From Firmicutes bacterium UBA5766 (lineage in GTDB: Bacteria > Bacillota > Desulfotomaculia > Desulfotomaculales > Nap2-2B): a DNA stretch of 64,000 bases. Positions 20,935-29,842 of the stretch are shown one piece after another. Position 1 is the stretch's first letter. Each line of letters begins with the position of its first letter. The notes beneath the pieces were generated by a model. It searched no databases, was not told the origin of the DNA, and saw only the letters and a list, made by a program, of their open reading frames with translations. The stretch lies in the NCBI GenBank assembly GCA_002418775.1, contig DIEU01000001.1:9551-73550 (forward strand), written 5' to 3'. Position numbers and translations under genes: made by a program.

Positions 20935-21076
20935 CTATAGCCGTTAAATATTACTGGTTTTTTTTAACATTAGAAATGGTCAACTTGCGGCCCAAAAGAG
21001 TATAAAGTCTTTATGCGCGTTAAAATATGTTTTTTAGGAGAAAATAATTTTAACTTACAAAGGAGGGATAAAGAAA

Positions 21077-21343
21077 ATGCCGTCAGGAGAAAAATTTTTA
21101 CTTGCTGGTTTAGGAATTATTGCTGTAATGAAAGAAAAAGCGCAAAAACAAATAAATGTTTTAATCCAAAAGTGCGGGATTTCGAAAGTTTATAAAAGTA
21201 CGGTTTTGAATATGTGTCATTCAGGCTCGGTATTTTTCTGCTTCCTCACAGGATGCGTCATAAAAAATACAATTCAGCCGATCAATACACATTCGTTAAA
21301 AAAATCCCGGCAATCTTTTCAGAATTGGGAACGACATTTATAA
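21077..21343 (+). pseudogene. Truncated phasin-like small protein (only about 36 N-terminal residues look genuine)
   Basis: MPSGEKFLLAGLGIIAVMKEKAQKQINVLIQKCGIS resembles the N-terminus of small phasin-like proteins that precede ABC1 kinases in Firmicutes (from memory). The rest of the frame is nonsense and overlaps the next gene out of frame. Confidence 0.3.
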
Positions 21344-22479
21344 AGCTTGGGCAAATTTTAAGCACAAGGCATGACCTGCTTTCACCAGATTTGATCCATG
21401 AACTTGAAAAGCTTCAGGATGAAGTACCTGCATTCCCTTTCGAAACAGCTAAAAATATTATTGAAACGGAATTAAAGGGCGATCTGGAAGAGTTCTATTC
21501 TTTCTTTGATTGTGAGCCTCTGGCCGCTGCGTCAATCGGCCAGGTCTACAGGGCTGTTTTAATCAATGGAAGGCAGGTTGTGGTTAAAATATGCCGTCCT
21601 GATATCAATAAAGAAGCAGAAGCAGATCTAAAAATTCTCTATAGAATAGCACGGTTTTTAGAAAAAAGGATTTCCTGGGCTCAAAATGGCGCTTTCGTTG
21701 AGTTGATAGCCGAGTTTGAACGTACGATCAAAGAAGAAATGGACTTTACTTTCGAAGGACGCAATGCCAGTAAATTTAAGAGAAATTTTGCCTCTGATCC
21801 GGAAGTGCTTATTCCTGCGGTATACTGGCAATTCACTACTTCCAAGATTCTGACCCTCGAATATTTAAACGGAATCAAGTTTAACGATCTTGAGGAAATA
21901 GAAAGATCAGGCTTTGCCAGGATGGAACTGGCCATTAAGCTGGTACAGGCTTTATTTAAACAAATCATGATGGAAGTGGTTTTTAAATACCGTGTACGTC
22001 TTCTGCCAGAATTCATTATGCTTACAAAATCGCTGATGACACTGGAAGGAGTGGTTCAGAAACTTGCCCCCGGTTTAAACATTGTTTCAATGGCAGAACC
22101 TTTTGCGCGAAAACTTGTTGCTGAAAGGTATTTTAGAAAGGATCTGCCTGAGAAAGCCGGGAAGACTTTACTGGACTTGGGTGAAGCCATTTATAAGTTC
22201 CCCAAGCGGATTGAGCAAATATTGGAGAATCTTGCTCAGGGTGAGGTAAAAATAAACCTGAAAGTGGATCATTATTATCCAAATGAAAAAAACTTGCCGT
22301 CCAGTACGAATGCTCTTATCAACCAGTTATGGGTAATTATAGCAATATTGCTGATCAGTTCGGTTCTTTTGGCCTTAAACGGGACCTTTTTTCTTGGTGG
22401 CTTTCCGGTAGTTAAAACGGGATTTATCGCTGCCGGTTTCATACTTGTTTTTCTTGCGTTATACATATTGCGCAAGTAA
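21214..22479 (+). CDS. UbiB/ABC1-family protein-kinase-like protein lacking its catalytic segment
   Basis: 421 aa. It has LGTTFIKLGQILSTRHDLL, AAASIGQVYRA and VVVKICRPDI (ATP-binding Lys region) plus two C-terminal TM helices. ...ALFKQIMMEVVFKYRVRLLPEF... jumps over the HxDxHPGN/DFG block. Confidence 0.8.
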   Translation: MSFRLGIFLLPHRMRHKKYNSADQYTFVKKIPAIFSELGTTFIKLGQILSTRHDLLSPDLIHELEKLQDEVPAFPFETAKNIIETELKGDLEEFYSFFDCEPLAAASIGQVYRAVLINGRQVVVKICRPDINKEAEADLKILYRIARFLEKRISWAQNGAFVELIAEFERTIKEEMDFTFEGRNASKFKRNFASDPEVLIPAVYWQFTTSKILTLEYLNGIKFNDLEEIERSGFARMELAIKLVQALFKQIMMEVVFKYRVRLLPEFIMLTKSLMTLEGVVQKLAPGLNIVSMAEPFARKLVAERYFRKDLPEKAGKTLLDLGEAIYKFPKRIEQILENLAQGEVKINLKVDHYYPNEKNLPSSTNALINQLWVIIAILLISSVLLALNGTFFLGGFPVVKTGFIAAGFILVFLALYILRK

Positions 22480-22570
22480 GCAAAAAGATATCCTTGCAGC
22501 TCCATCTACGAGGATGAAAAGAAAAGTAAAGTATAGTAGACACGTCCAAAGGGCACGGTGTAGTCAGAGT

Positions 22571-23845
22571 TTACCTGTTTCTAAAAATTATTTTTCTGCA
22601 CAAGCAAATAAAGGTTGATCCTGTTAAAATTGCTATTAAGATCAAACCGAAAACGGCCAGCAGAAGGGGCAAAAAGGTCCACAATGAAGGGTTGTGGGCT
22701 TGTTGAATCATCGCAGCCCGGGTTGCCGGTGAAGTAAGGCGAAAAAAAAAGTTTGTATAAACTGCTGCCAGGAAGGCATGAGCGAACCGGGTCAGGACAA
22801 AAAGTTTCATTCTGATATCGGTTTCAGAAATTACGCTTGCTACCTGGGCGTGAATAGAAATTCCGCTCCAAGCCAGAATTACGGCAATTACCGTGAGCTG
22901 CTGCAGTAAAGAGGCTTCAGACGCTGAAGCAAGTTTCGTTCCGACAGTCATTTCTATTAATCCGCTTGTTAAGGCTGGAAGGACTGATGAGGAAAAACCC
23001 AGCGGGATCAAGACAAGTCCCAACTTGCCGGCGATAAAATCAATAAATCCCGTCTGTTTTAACAGTTGGATCAGCACGGCAAATATTGTTATAAATCCGC
23101 CAATGTTAAGAAGGCTTGAAACAGAGTTTTTCACGGCGTCGCCCATTATCTTTCCCGGGGAGCGGTTTTCCTGCCTGTAGATGCGAAACAGTTCGGAAAA
23201 AGCCCTGGCCAGGGGAGACACTTCTTTTATGGGCGCAGTTATCAATTCGGGATCATTTTTTCCATAAAAGCGCAGAACAATGCCCAGGGTCAGGTTGGAT
23301 GTGTAATGGGCTGCTGCAATTACCGGCCCAAGCTCCGGGTTGTTGAGCATGCCGACAGAAACAGCAGCGAGCATAAAAAGAGGACTTGAATTATTCGTAA
23401 ACGAAACCAGCCGTTCCGCTTCAATACGCGTGCAGAGGCGCTGAGAACGCAAACGGGCCGTAATCATTGCCCCAATCGGGCAGCCGGATGTATAGCCTAC
23501 TGCCAGTACAAAAGAACCGCATCCCGGGACGTTAAAGAGAGGCCGCATTAAAGGTTCCATTAACGTACCCAGAAAATGGACCATACCGAAACTTAACAGC
23601 AAATCGGAGATGACCAGAAAGGGCAGAAGCGAGGGGAGAACTATGTTAAACCAGAGATTGACTCCTGTCACAGCCCCCTTGTAAACGGTCCCTGGCTGAA
23701 TTATCATTCCTAATGCCAGTGTGATGATGCAGATCAGCCAAAAAAGTTGTTCCCTGCAACGGCCGTCGTTAGTCAAAAAAAATAAATATTTTTTAAATAC
23801 TATTAAGCTGATTAATATAAGTAGTAAAATGAACAGAACCCACAT
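22571..23845 (-). CDS. ylbJ: Sporulation integral membrane protein YlbJ
   Basis: 424-aa polytopic protein, ...GVNLWFNIVLPSLLPF.VISDLL...PLFNVPGCGSFV.A.GY.SG.P.GA..., a nucleoside-recognition/YlbJ signature. Confidence 0.8.
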   Translation of the reverse strand: MWVLFILLLILISLIVFKKYLFFLTNDGRCREQLFWLICIITLALGMIIQPGTVYKGAVTGVNLWFNIVLPSLLPFLVISDLLLSFGMVHFLGTLMEPLMRPLFNVPGCGSFVLAVGYTSGCPIGAMITARLRSQRLCTRIEAERLVSFTNNSSPLFMLAAVSVGMLNNPELGPVIAAAHYTSNLTLGIVLRFYGKNDPELITAPIKEVSPLARAFSELFRIYRQENRSPGKIMGDAVKNSVSSLLNIGGFITIFAVLIQLLKQTGFIDFIAGKLGLVLIPLGFSSSVLPALTSGLIEMTVGTKLASASEASLLQQLTVIAVILAWSGISIHAQVASVISETDIRMKLFVLTRFAHAFLAAVYTNFFFRLTSPATRAAMIQQAHNPSLWTFLPLLLAVFGLILIAILTGSTFICLCRKIIFRNR

Positions 23846-23986
23846 TTTTTCAGGCCCCTTTACTGAAAGCCCCTTTTCAAATGATATATATGGGTCCTGA
23901 TCTTCTAATATGTTGGGATTGTTTTTGCAGATAATCCGGATATTATGCTTTTCACTTTAAATGTGCTTTAAAATTATAGAGAAGAG

Positions 23987-24724
23987 GTGGTCTTAGCCAA
24001 TTTGAAAATTTATGCAATCAGTGATCTCCACCTTTCTTTTATAAAAACTCCTGATCCGGAAAATTGGCAGCCTGACTTGCAGTATAAACCAATGAGCGAA
24101 ATTAATGAGGAATGGGAATCCCACGCCTTAAGAATTTATAATAACTGGTGTAAAATCATAGGACCGGATGACGTGGTTTTAGTTCCGGGCGATATTTCAT
24201 GGGCTATGCGTCTTGATCAGGCTTGTCAGGATCTTAACTTTATAAGGCTTCTGCCGGGCTTGATAATTTTTATTCAGGGAAATCACGATTACTGGCTGCA
24301 GAGTATTTCCAAGGCAAAAGAAGTCCTTCCCCCTAATATGCGCCTGATCCGGAATGATCATTTTTCCCTTGGCGGCATAGCCATCTGTGGTACCAGGGGG
24401 TGGCTGTGTCCAGGAAGCGACTACTTTCAACCGGGGGATATGAAAATCTACTTGCGGGAATTGGGCCGTCTGGAAAAATCACTTGCCAGCGCAGGCGCTT
24501 CCAATCAAGAGATTATTGTTATGATGCATTACATGCCGACCAATGAAAAGCACGAATACAGCGGTTTTATAGAACTGCTCCAAAAATACAGGGTAAAAAA
24601 GGTTGTTTATGGGCACCTCCACGCCAGGGCTTGTCGTTTACGTCTTCCGGATCATGCATGGGATATCTCTTTTTGCCTGGTTAGCGCAGATTATTTAAAC
24701 TTTACCCCGCTTTTACTTACTTAA
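23987..24724 (+). CDS. Calcineurin-like metallophosphoesterase
   Basis: 245 aa with ISDLH, PGDISW, GNHDYW, MMHY and GHLH, the metallophosphoesterase motif series. Confidence 0.8.
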   Translation: MVLANLKIYAISDLHLSFIKTPDPENWQPDLQYKPMSEINEEWESHALRIYNNWCKIIGPDDVVLVPGDISWAMRLDQACQDLNFIRLLPGLIIFIQGNHDYWLQSISKAKEVLPPNMRLIRNDHFSLGGIAICGTRGWLCPGSDYFQPGDMKIYLRELGRLEKSLASAGASNQEIIVMMHYMPTNEKHEYSGFIELLQKYRVKKVVYGHLHARACRLRLPDHAWDISFCLVSADYLNFTPLLLT

Positions 24725-25905
24725 AGGCCAACTTCCTTTGCCAGATCAGTAAAGGCGGGCAGGGAATTAATTACCGTTTGAAGGGGGACGCTATAAGAGA
24801 GCCGAAAGTAACCTTTTAGACCAAATCCCTTGCCGGGAACAAGTAAAATATTGTACTTTTTGGCCATCTGCACAAATTCAAGATCATCAGCCAAAGGCGA
24901 TTGGGGAAACATGTAAAAGGCGCCTTTGGGTTTAACCATTTTGAAACCAATTTCGGTTAAATGGGCGTACAGAAGATCCCTCTTTTTCAAATAGCCGCTT
25001 AGATCCGCCTGCTCCTTCTGTAAATGAGCGACAAGGCGCTGCATTAGGGCAGGCGCGTTAACAAAACCCAGCGTTCGGTTGCAGAAAACCATGCCATCAA
25101 CGAGCAGTCTGGCATCAGCGGCTTCCGGGTGTACCGCGATGTAGCCAATCCGTTCACCGGCCAGGCCAAGGTCTTTACTGTGTGAAGTAACCAGAATACT
25201 GTTCTTTACATAATTAAATACAGGAGGCGTTTTTACTCCATCGTAGACAATCCTGGCGTAAGGTTCATCTGAAACCAGGTAAATTGTCGTACCCAATTCG
25301 TGTTCTTTTTGTCTTAAAACAGCTGCTAATTCCTTGAGACAATCGGAACTGTAAACAACACCTGTTGGGTTATTTGGGGAATTGATAATAATTGCTTTCG
25401 TTTTTGAAGTAATAGCGGCGTTGATTGCACCCAGGTCAGGCTGGAAATCTGCTCCGGCCGGGACCTCTTTAATGACTCCGCCGTGGTTGTCGACGTAGAA
25501 TTTGTATTCTACGAAATAGGGCACAAGGACAATTACTTCATCCCCGGGGTTTAGAATAGTTTTAAAGACGACATTTAATCCGCCGCCTGCGCCGCAGGTC
25601 ATGATAATATGTGATGAATTAATCTGCAAACCGGTGTTTTCAGCCAGGTTGGCTGCAATTGCCTGGCGGGTAGTTTCGTATCCGGAATTGCTCATATAAC
25701 CATGCATTCCAGGCAAAGGATTGTCTGCCAGTTTTTTGAGCATTTCCCGGAAAGCAGACGGTGGTTCCGTATCAGGATTACCCAGGGTAAAATCGTACAC
25801 ATTTTCCGGCCCTATAATTTTTCGCAGGCGTTCTCCTTCTTCAAACATTAGTCTTATCCAGGAAGCGTTGGCCAGATTCTCATTTATTTTATTGCTGATT
25901 GGCAT
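24721..25905 (-). CDS. PLP-dependent aminotransferase, class I/II (aspartate/alanine aminotransferase-like)
   Basis: 394 aa, ...INSPNNPTG.VY...SHSKD.GLAGERIGY... (Lys in SHSK is the PLP lysine). Confidence 0.85.
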   Translation of the reverse strand: MPISNKINENLANASWIRLMFEEGERLRKIIGPENVYDFTLGNPDTEPPSAFREMLKKLADNPLPGMHGYMSNSGYETTRQAIAANLAENTGLQINSSHIIMTCGAGGGLNVVFKTILNPGDEVIVLVPYFVEYKFYVDNHGGVIKEVPAGADFQPDLGAINAAITSKTKAIIINSPNNPTGVVYSSDCLKELAAVLRQKEHELGTTIYLVSDEPYARIVYDGVKTPPVFNYVKNSILVTSHSKDLGLAGERIGYIAVHPEAADARLLVDGMVFCNRTLGFVNAPALMQRLVAHLQKEQADLSGYLKKRDLLYAHLTEIGFKMVKPKGAFYMFPQSPLADDLEFVQMAKKYNILLVPGKGFGLKGYFRLSYSVPLQTVINSLPAFTDLAKEVGL

Positions 25906-25994
25906 TATGATTCTCCTTGGTATAAAGATATTATTAAAAAAGTCATATTCAGATTTGTTTATTTAAAAAATATAAAAAAAGAGGTTTTCTTTGA

Positions 25995-26627
25995 ATGGCA
26001 ATTTCGGCAGCTTTGTTTGATCTGGACGGGACTCTGGTAGATTCCCTCCCTTTTATTATGAGCACTTACCACCTCGTTTTTAAAAAACTGAACCTTCCCT
26101 GGTCTGAAGCAGAGTTGATCAAGTGGATCGGCCGTCCTTTAAAAGAGATAGCCCCTTTTTTTGCCGGCGGGAAAAAAGACGAATTTTTAAAGCTCTACGA
26201 GAAATATTATAACCTTGACTTTGAAAATAACGTAAGTCTCTTTCCCGGTACTGCTGAGATGCTGGATTTTCTTAAAATAAACGGATTCCTTCTGGGCATA
26301 GTCACGTCAAAGGGTAAAGAAGGGGCTGAGCGTACGATTAAACTAACCGGATTGGATAATTATATGGATGTCGTTATAACCGCTCATGATGTTTATGTGC
26401 ATAAACCTTTTCCTGACCCGATCCTGAAAGCGCTTGATGTATTGAACATTTCCCCCGGGCAGTCGCTTTATATAGGTGACAGCTACCATGATATTAAAGC
26501 CGGTCTTGACGCCGGTACGACCACCTTGGGGGTAACCTGGGGTATAAACACCAGGGAAGAACTGGCGGCTTTAAACCCTGACGGCCTGCTCGAAAGCTGG
26601 GCTGATCTTAAAAGATATTTGGTTTGA
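25995..26627 (+). CDS. HAD-superfamily hydrolase (PGP/PpaX-like)
   Basis: 210 aa with motif I FDLDGTLVDS, motif II VTSK and motif III/IV K...GDSYHDI.AG. Confidence 0.85.
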   Translation: MAISAALFDLDGTLVDSLPFIMSTYHLVFKKLNLPWSEAELIKWIGRPLKEIAPFFAGGKKDEFLKLYEKYYNLDFENNVSLFPGTAEMLDFLKINGFLLGIVTSKGKEGAERTIKLTGLDNYMDVVITAHDVYVHKPFPDPILKALDVLNISPGQSLYIGDSYHDIKAGLDAGTTTLGVTWGINTREELAALNPDGLLESWADLKRYLV

Positions 26628-26704
26628 AATCTTAAAAGACATTTAGTTCGAAACTAAAACGGCGAAAGCGCTTAAACACTTCCGCCGTATTTTTACTGTA
26701 ATAA

Positions 26705-27562
26705 TTATTTGTAGTTATAGAAACCTTTTCCTGATTTGCGTCCAAGATGACCTGCGCGGACCATTTTACGCAGCAGGGGGCAAGCACGATATTTGGAATC
26801 CTGGGTTTCCTCAAAAAGAGAATCTTGTATTAAAAGTGTGGTATCCAGTCCAATTAAGTCTGCCAGAGCGAGAGGGCCGATAGGATGATTGGCGCCCAGT
26901 ACCATTCCCTTATCGATATCTTCAGCTGATGCAACACCTTCTGAAAGGACAAATATAGCCTCGTTGATCATTGGAATCAGGATACGGTTGACCACGAAAA
27001 GTGGCGCCTCATTAACCATAATCGGCTGTTTGCCCATTTTTTCCGCAAGTTCAAATGTAAGCTTAACTGTATCGTCGGCAGTGTCCGCTCCCCTGGTTAC
27101 TTCCACAAGCTTCATTACCGGCACGGGGTTGAAAAAATGCATGCCGATGAATTTTTCCGGCCGTTTGGTGACGGAAGCCATTTGGGTGATCGAAAGGCCG
27201 GATGTGTTGGATGCAAAAAATGTGGACGGAGGACAAATCTTTTCCAGTTCGCCAAAAACAACTTTTTTGAGATCCATTTTTTCTATTACCGCTTCAACGA
27301 CAAAATCCGCTTCCGCCAAAATATCCATGTCTACAGTTCCCCTGACACGGCCAAAGATAGCGTCGGCTTCTTCTGCGCTGAGACGGTTTTTCTGAACATC
27401 CCTGTCCAGATTTTTGCGGATTATATTTAAGCCGTTAGAAACAAAATTGTCCGCAATGTCCCGCATAATAACGTTAAATCCCGCTTTTGCCGCGGTTTGG
27501 GCTATGCCCGCTCCCATGATACCGGCGCCCAATACTGCAAATGTCTTAATCTCCAATTGCAT
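26705..27562 (-). CDS. hbd: 3-hydroxybutyryl-CoA dehydrogenase
   Basis: 285 aa. Rossmann fold GAGIMGAGIAQ, then ...NTSGLSIT...P.KFIGMHFFNPVPVMKLVE...PGF..NR... Confidence 0.9.
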   Translation of the reverse strand: MQLEIKTFAVLGAGIMGAGIAQTAAKAGFNVIMRDIADNFVSNGLNIIRKNLDRDVQKNRLSAEEADAIFGRVRGTVDMDILAEADFVVEAVIEKMDLKKVVFGELEKICPPSTFFASNTSGLSITQMASVTKRPEKFIGMHFFNPVPVMKLVEVTRGADTADDTVKLTFELAEKMGKQPIMVNEAPLFVVNRILIPMINEAIFVLSEGVASAEDIDKGMVLGANHPIGPLALADLIGLDTTLLIQDSLFEETQDSKYRACPLLRKMVRAGHLGRKSGKGFYNYK

Positions 27563-27722
27563 AAACCTCCCTAAAACTTTTTTATCTGTGCAAGCCTTAA
27601 CCGCTGGGATAAACGGTTTTGCATCAGAATTTATATGTCTATTATTTTTTCTATATTAAAGGGAATAAGTCCTCTTTTTTATTAAAAATAACAATGATAA
27701 TGGTATACTATAAAAACAAGGT

Positions 27723-28187
27723 TTGGTTAAAGGACGGATCATTTTGCTGATTTCTCTTTTGATAACTCTTTTTGCGGATCAACTGGCCAAAAATATTATC
27801 CGGAACGTGATGTTAGAAGGGCAGTCAGTTCCAGTTTTTCCGTTTTTTTATCTGACTTATACACGCAACCCGGGCGCCGCTTTTGGACTCTTTGCATACC
27901 GGACCAACATCCTGATCGCAGTCACCATTCTGGTGATTGTGATTATGACGGTCATACTGCTTACACGGCCTGTTGCCGAAAAAAAAGGGCTGATTACGAT
28001 AGGGATGGGGCTGATCATCGGCGGCGCCTTGAGCAATTTAATTGACCGCCTGCAGTTTGGGCTGGTTATAGATTATCTTGACTTTCGTATTTGGCCGGTC
28101 TTTAATCTTGCCGACACGGCAATTTTCATCGGCGCCTGTCTTTTGTTTAAGGAGATTTGGTATGGAGAGTCACTACGAGGCAGATGA
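27723..28187 (+). CDS. lspA: Lipoprotein signal peptidase (SPase II)
   Basis: 154 aa, ...FADQLAK...TRNPGAAFG...NL.DR...V.D.L.F...WP.FN.AD... Confidence 0.9.
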   Translation: MVKGRIILLISLLITLFADQLAKNIIRNVMLEGQSVPVFPFFYLTYTRNPGAAFGLFAYRTNILIAVTILVIVIMTVILLTRPVAEKKGLITIGMGLIIGGALSNLIDRLQFGLVIDYLDFRIWPVFNLADTAIFIGACLLFKEIWYGESLRGR

Positions 28188-29064
28188 GTCAGATGCGGGA
28201 AAAAGGCTTGATCTTTACCTAGTTCATCAGAATCCTGCCTTGAGCCGTTCCCATATTCATAATTTAATAGCCGGCGGGAATGTACTCGTAAACGGAAATT
28301 CAGCAAAACCGGGCAGCAGGTTGAAAGCCGGTGATGCAATCATTCTGCTTGAAGTTCAGCCGAAGGATCCCATTCCCGGACCGGAACCCATTACACTGGA
28401 CATTTATTATGAAGACAGTGAGCTTGTAGTGGTAAACAAGCCAAGAGGCATGGTTGTCCACCCGGCTGCGGGGAATTATTCCGGAACACTGGTCAATGCC
28501 CTTTTGTTTCACTGCCGCGATCTTTCCGGCATTAACGGAGTGCTCCGCCCTGGTATTATTCACAGACTGGACAAAGACACTTCCGGTCTGCTTTTAGTTG
28601 CCAAGAATGACGCTTCACATCTTAATCTAAGCAAGCAGCTCCAGGACCGCACGATTGTAAGGCGCTATTTAGCCCTGGTACATGGTGTGGTGAAGGAAAA
28701 CCAGGGGGTTATAGAAGCGCCTGTAGGAAGACATCCACACGACCGTCAGCGCATGGCTGTAACAAAAACAGGCGGGCGGCCGGCAGTTACACACTACGAC
28801 GTAATCAGGCGCCTTGAGAAGGTAACTTTGCTGAGGGTCAGGCTTGAAACGGGCAGAACCCACCAGATCCGTGTACACATGACCTATCTGGGTTACCCGC
28901 TGGTAGGGGATACAAAATATGCCCCCTCAAGAAACCATTTTGGCCTTGAGGGACAGTTTCTTCACGCCCAGGTTTTGGGTTTTAAGCACCCGTCTACCGG
29001 GGAGTATCTGGAATTTTCCGCCCCGCTGCCTGAACAACTGGCCTCTTTCCTGGAACAGCTATAA
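28162..29064 (+). CDS. rluD: 23S rRNA pseudouridine synthase, RluD subfamily
   Basis: MESHYEADESDAGKRLD.YL... (S4 domain), then ...HRLDKDTSGLL..AK... and ...GRTHQIRVH... ATG 28162 follows AAGGAG and overlaps lspA by 26 nt; the track ORF starts earlier at 28078. Confidence 0.9.
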   Translation: MESHYEADESDAGKRLDLYLVHQNPALSRSHIHNLIAGGNVLVNGNSAKPGSRLKAGDAIILLEVQPKDPIPGPEPITLDIYYEDSELVVVNKPRGMVVHPAAGNYSGTLVNALLFHCRDLSGINGVLRPGIIHRLDKDTSGLLLVAKNDASHLNLSKQLQDRTIVRRYLALVHGVVKENQGVIEAPVGRHPHDRQRMAVTKTGGRPAVTHYDVIRRLEKVTLLRVRLETGRTHQIRVHMTYLGYPLVGDTKYAPSRNHFGLEGQFLHAQVLGFKHPSTGEYLEFSAPLPEQLASFLEQL

Positions 29065-29103
29065 ACTTTTAGTTTATCATAACAAGATCATATTTTCTGT
29101 TTA

Positions 29104-29134
29104 ACCCCTGTATATTGATAGGGGTGTCTTTTTT
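29104..29134 (+). terminator. Rho-independent terminator after rluD
   Basis: ACCCCT-(10 nt loop)-AGGGGT followed by GTCTTTTTT. The T-run abuts the next start codon. Confidence 0.6.
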
Positions 29135-29842
29135 ATGAGAAGGTATGATCCGAACCTTAAAAAGAAAATTGTTCCATCGCTGATCATTTTGCTTGCCGCG
29201 GCGCTGCTGCTTTATGTTCTCTTTATTCTTTTTGCGGGTCCTAAGATATCTCCAAACAAACTGTTGACAGAAGCAATTCAAAACACTGTTTCCAGTAAGA
29301 CTTTTCATTATCGCATGGAAATAAAGACAAGCAGGCAGAGTTTTTTAAGCGTTGTCGAAGGTGAAAGGATATCTCCCGACCGGATGCACATTAAAGGCAA
29401 TATGTTTAACACGCCGGTAGAATTTATCCAGATAGGCGCACAAGCATATATGAAAGATATCTGGACAGATAAATGGATAGCTTTAAAAAGCAACAGCCTG
29501 GGGCAGGCGAGTACATTTATTGAAGAACTGGGTCCGGTGAACTTTTTAAGTTATGGAAGTTTGCTTGATGTACATTATACCGGGACGGAAAAAATAAACG
29601 GTAAAAAGATGTCTGTGATAGAATTCAATCCGCAGCTGGTGGGTTCGTTTTCAGGTCAGAAGTATCAAGGGTATCACTGCAAAATATGGGTAGATCAAAA
29701 AGAACGGCTTATAGGGCAGGTTGTTTTGAACGCTGCTTTAAAAGACAGTGATTTGCCTACGGTTACTTTAAATCTCTGGGGTTTTGGGCAGACGGTATCT
29801 ATTAACCCTCCCAGCGCAGATTATTTGCTTAATCCATCGTAA
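29135..29842 (+). CDS. Membrane-anchored hypothetical protein (possibly LolA/LprG-like fold)
   Basis: 235 aa with an N-terminal TM helix (VPSLIILLAAALLLYVLFILFAG). No motif recognised with confidence. Confidence 0.45.
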   Translation: MRRYDPNLKKKIVPSLIILLAAALLLYVLFILFAGPKISPNKLLTEAIQNTVSSKTFHYRMEIKTSRQSFLSVVEGERISPDRMHIKGNMFNTPVEFIQIGAQAYMKDIWTDKWIALKSNSLGQASTFIEELGPVNFLSYGSLLDVHYTGTEKINGKKMSVIEFNPQLVGSFSGQKYQGYHCKIWVDQKERLIGQVVLNAALKDSDLPTVTLNLWGFGQTVSINPPSADYLLNPS

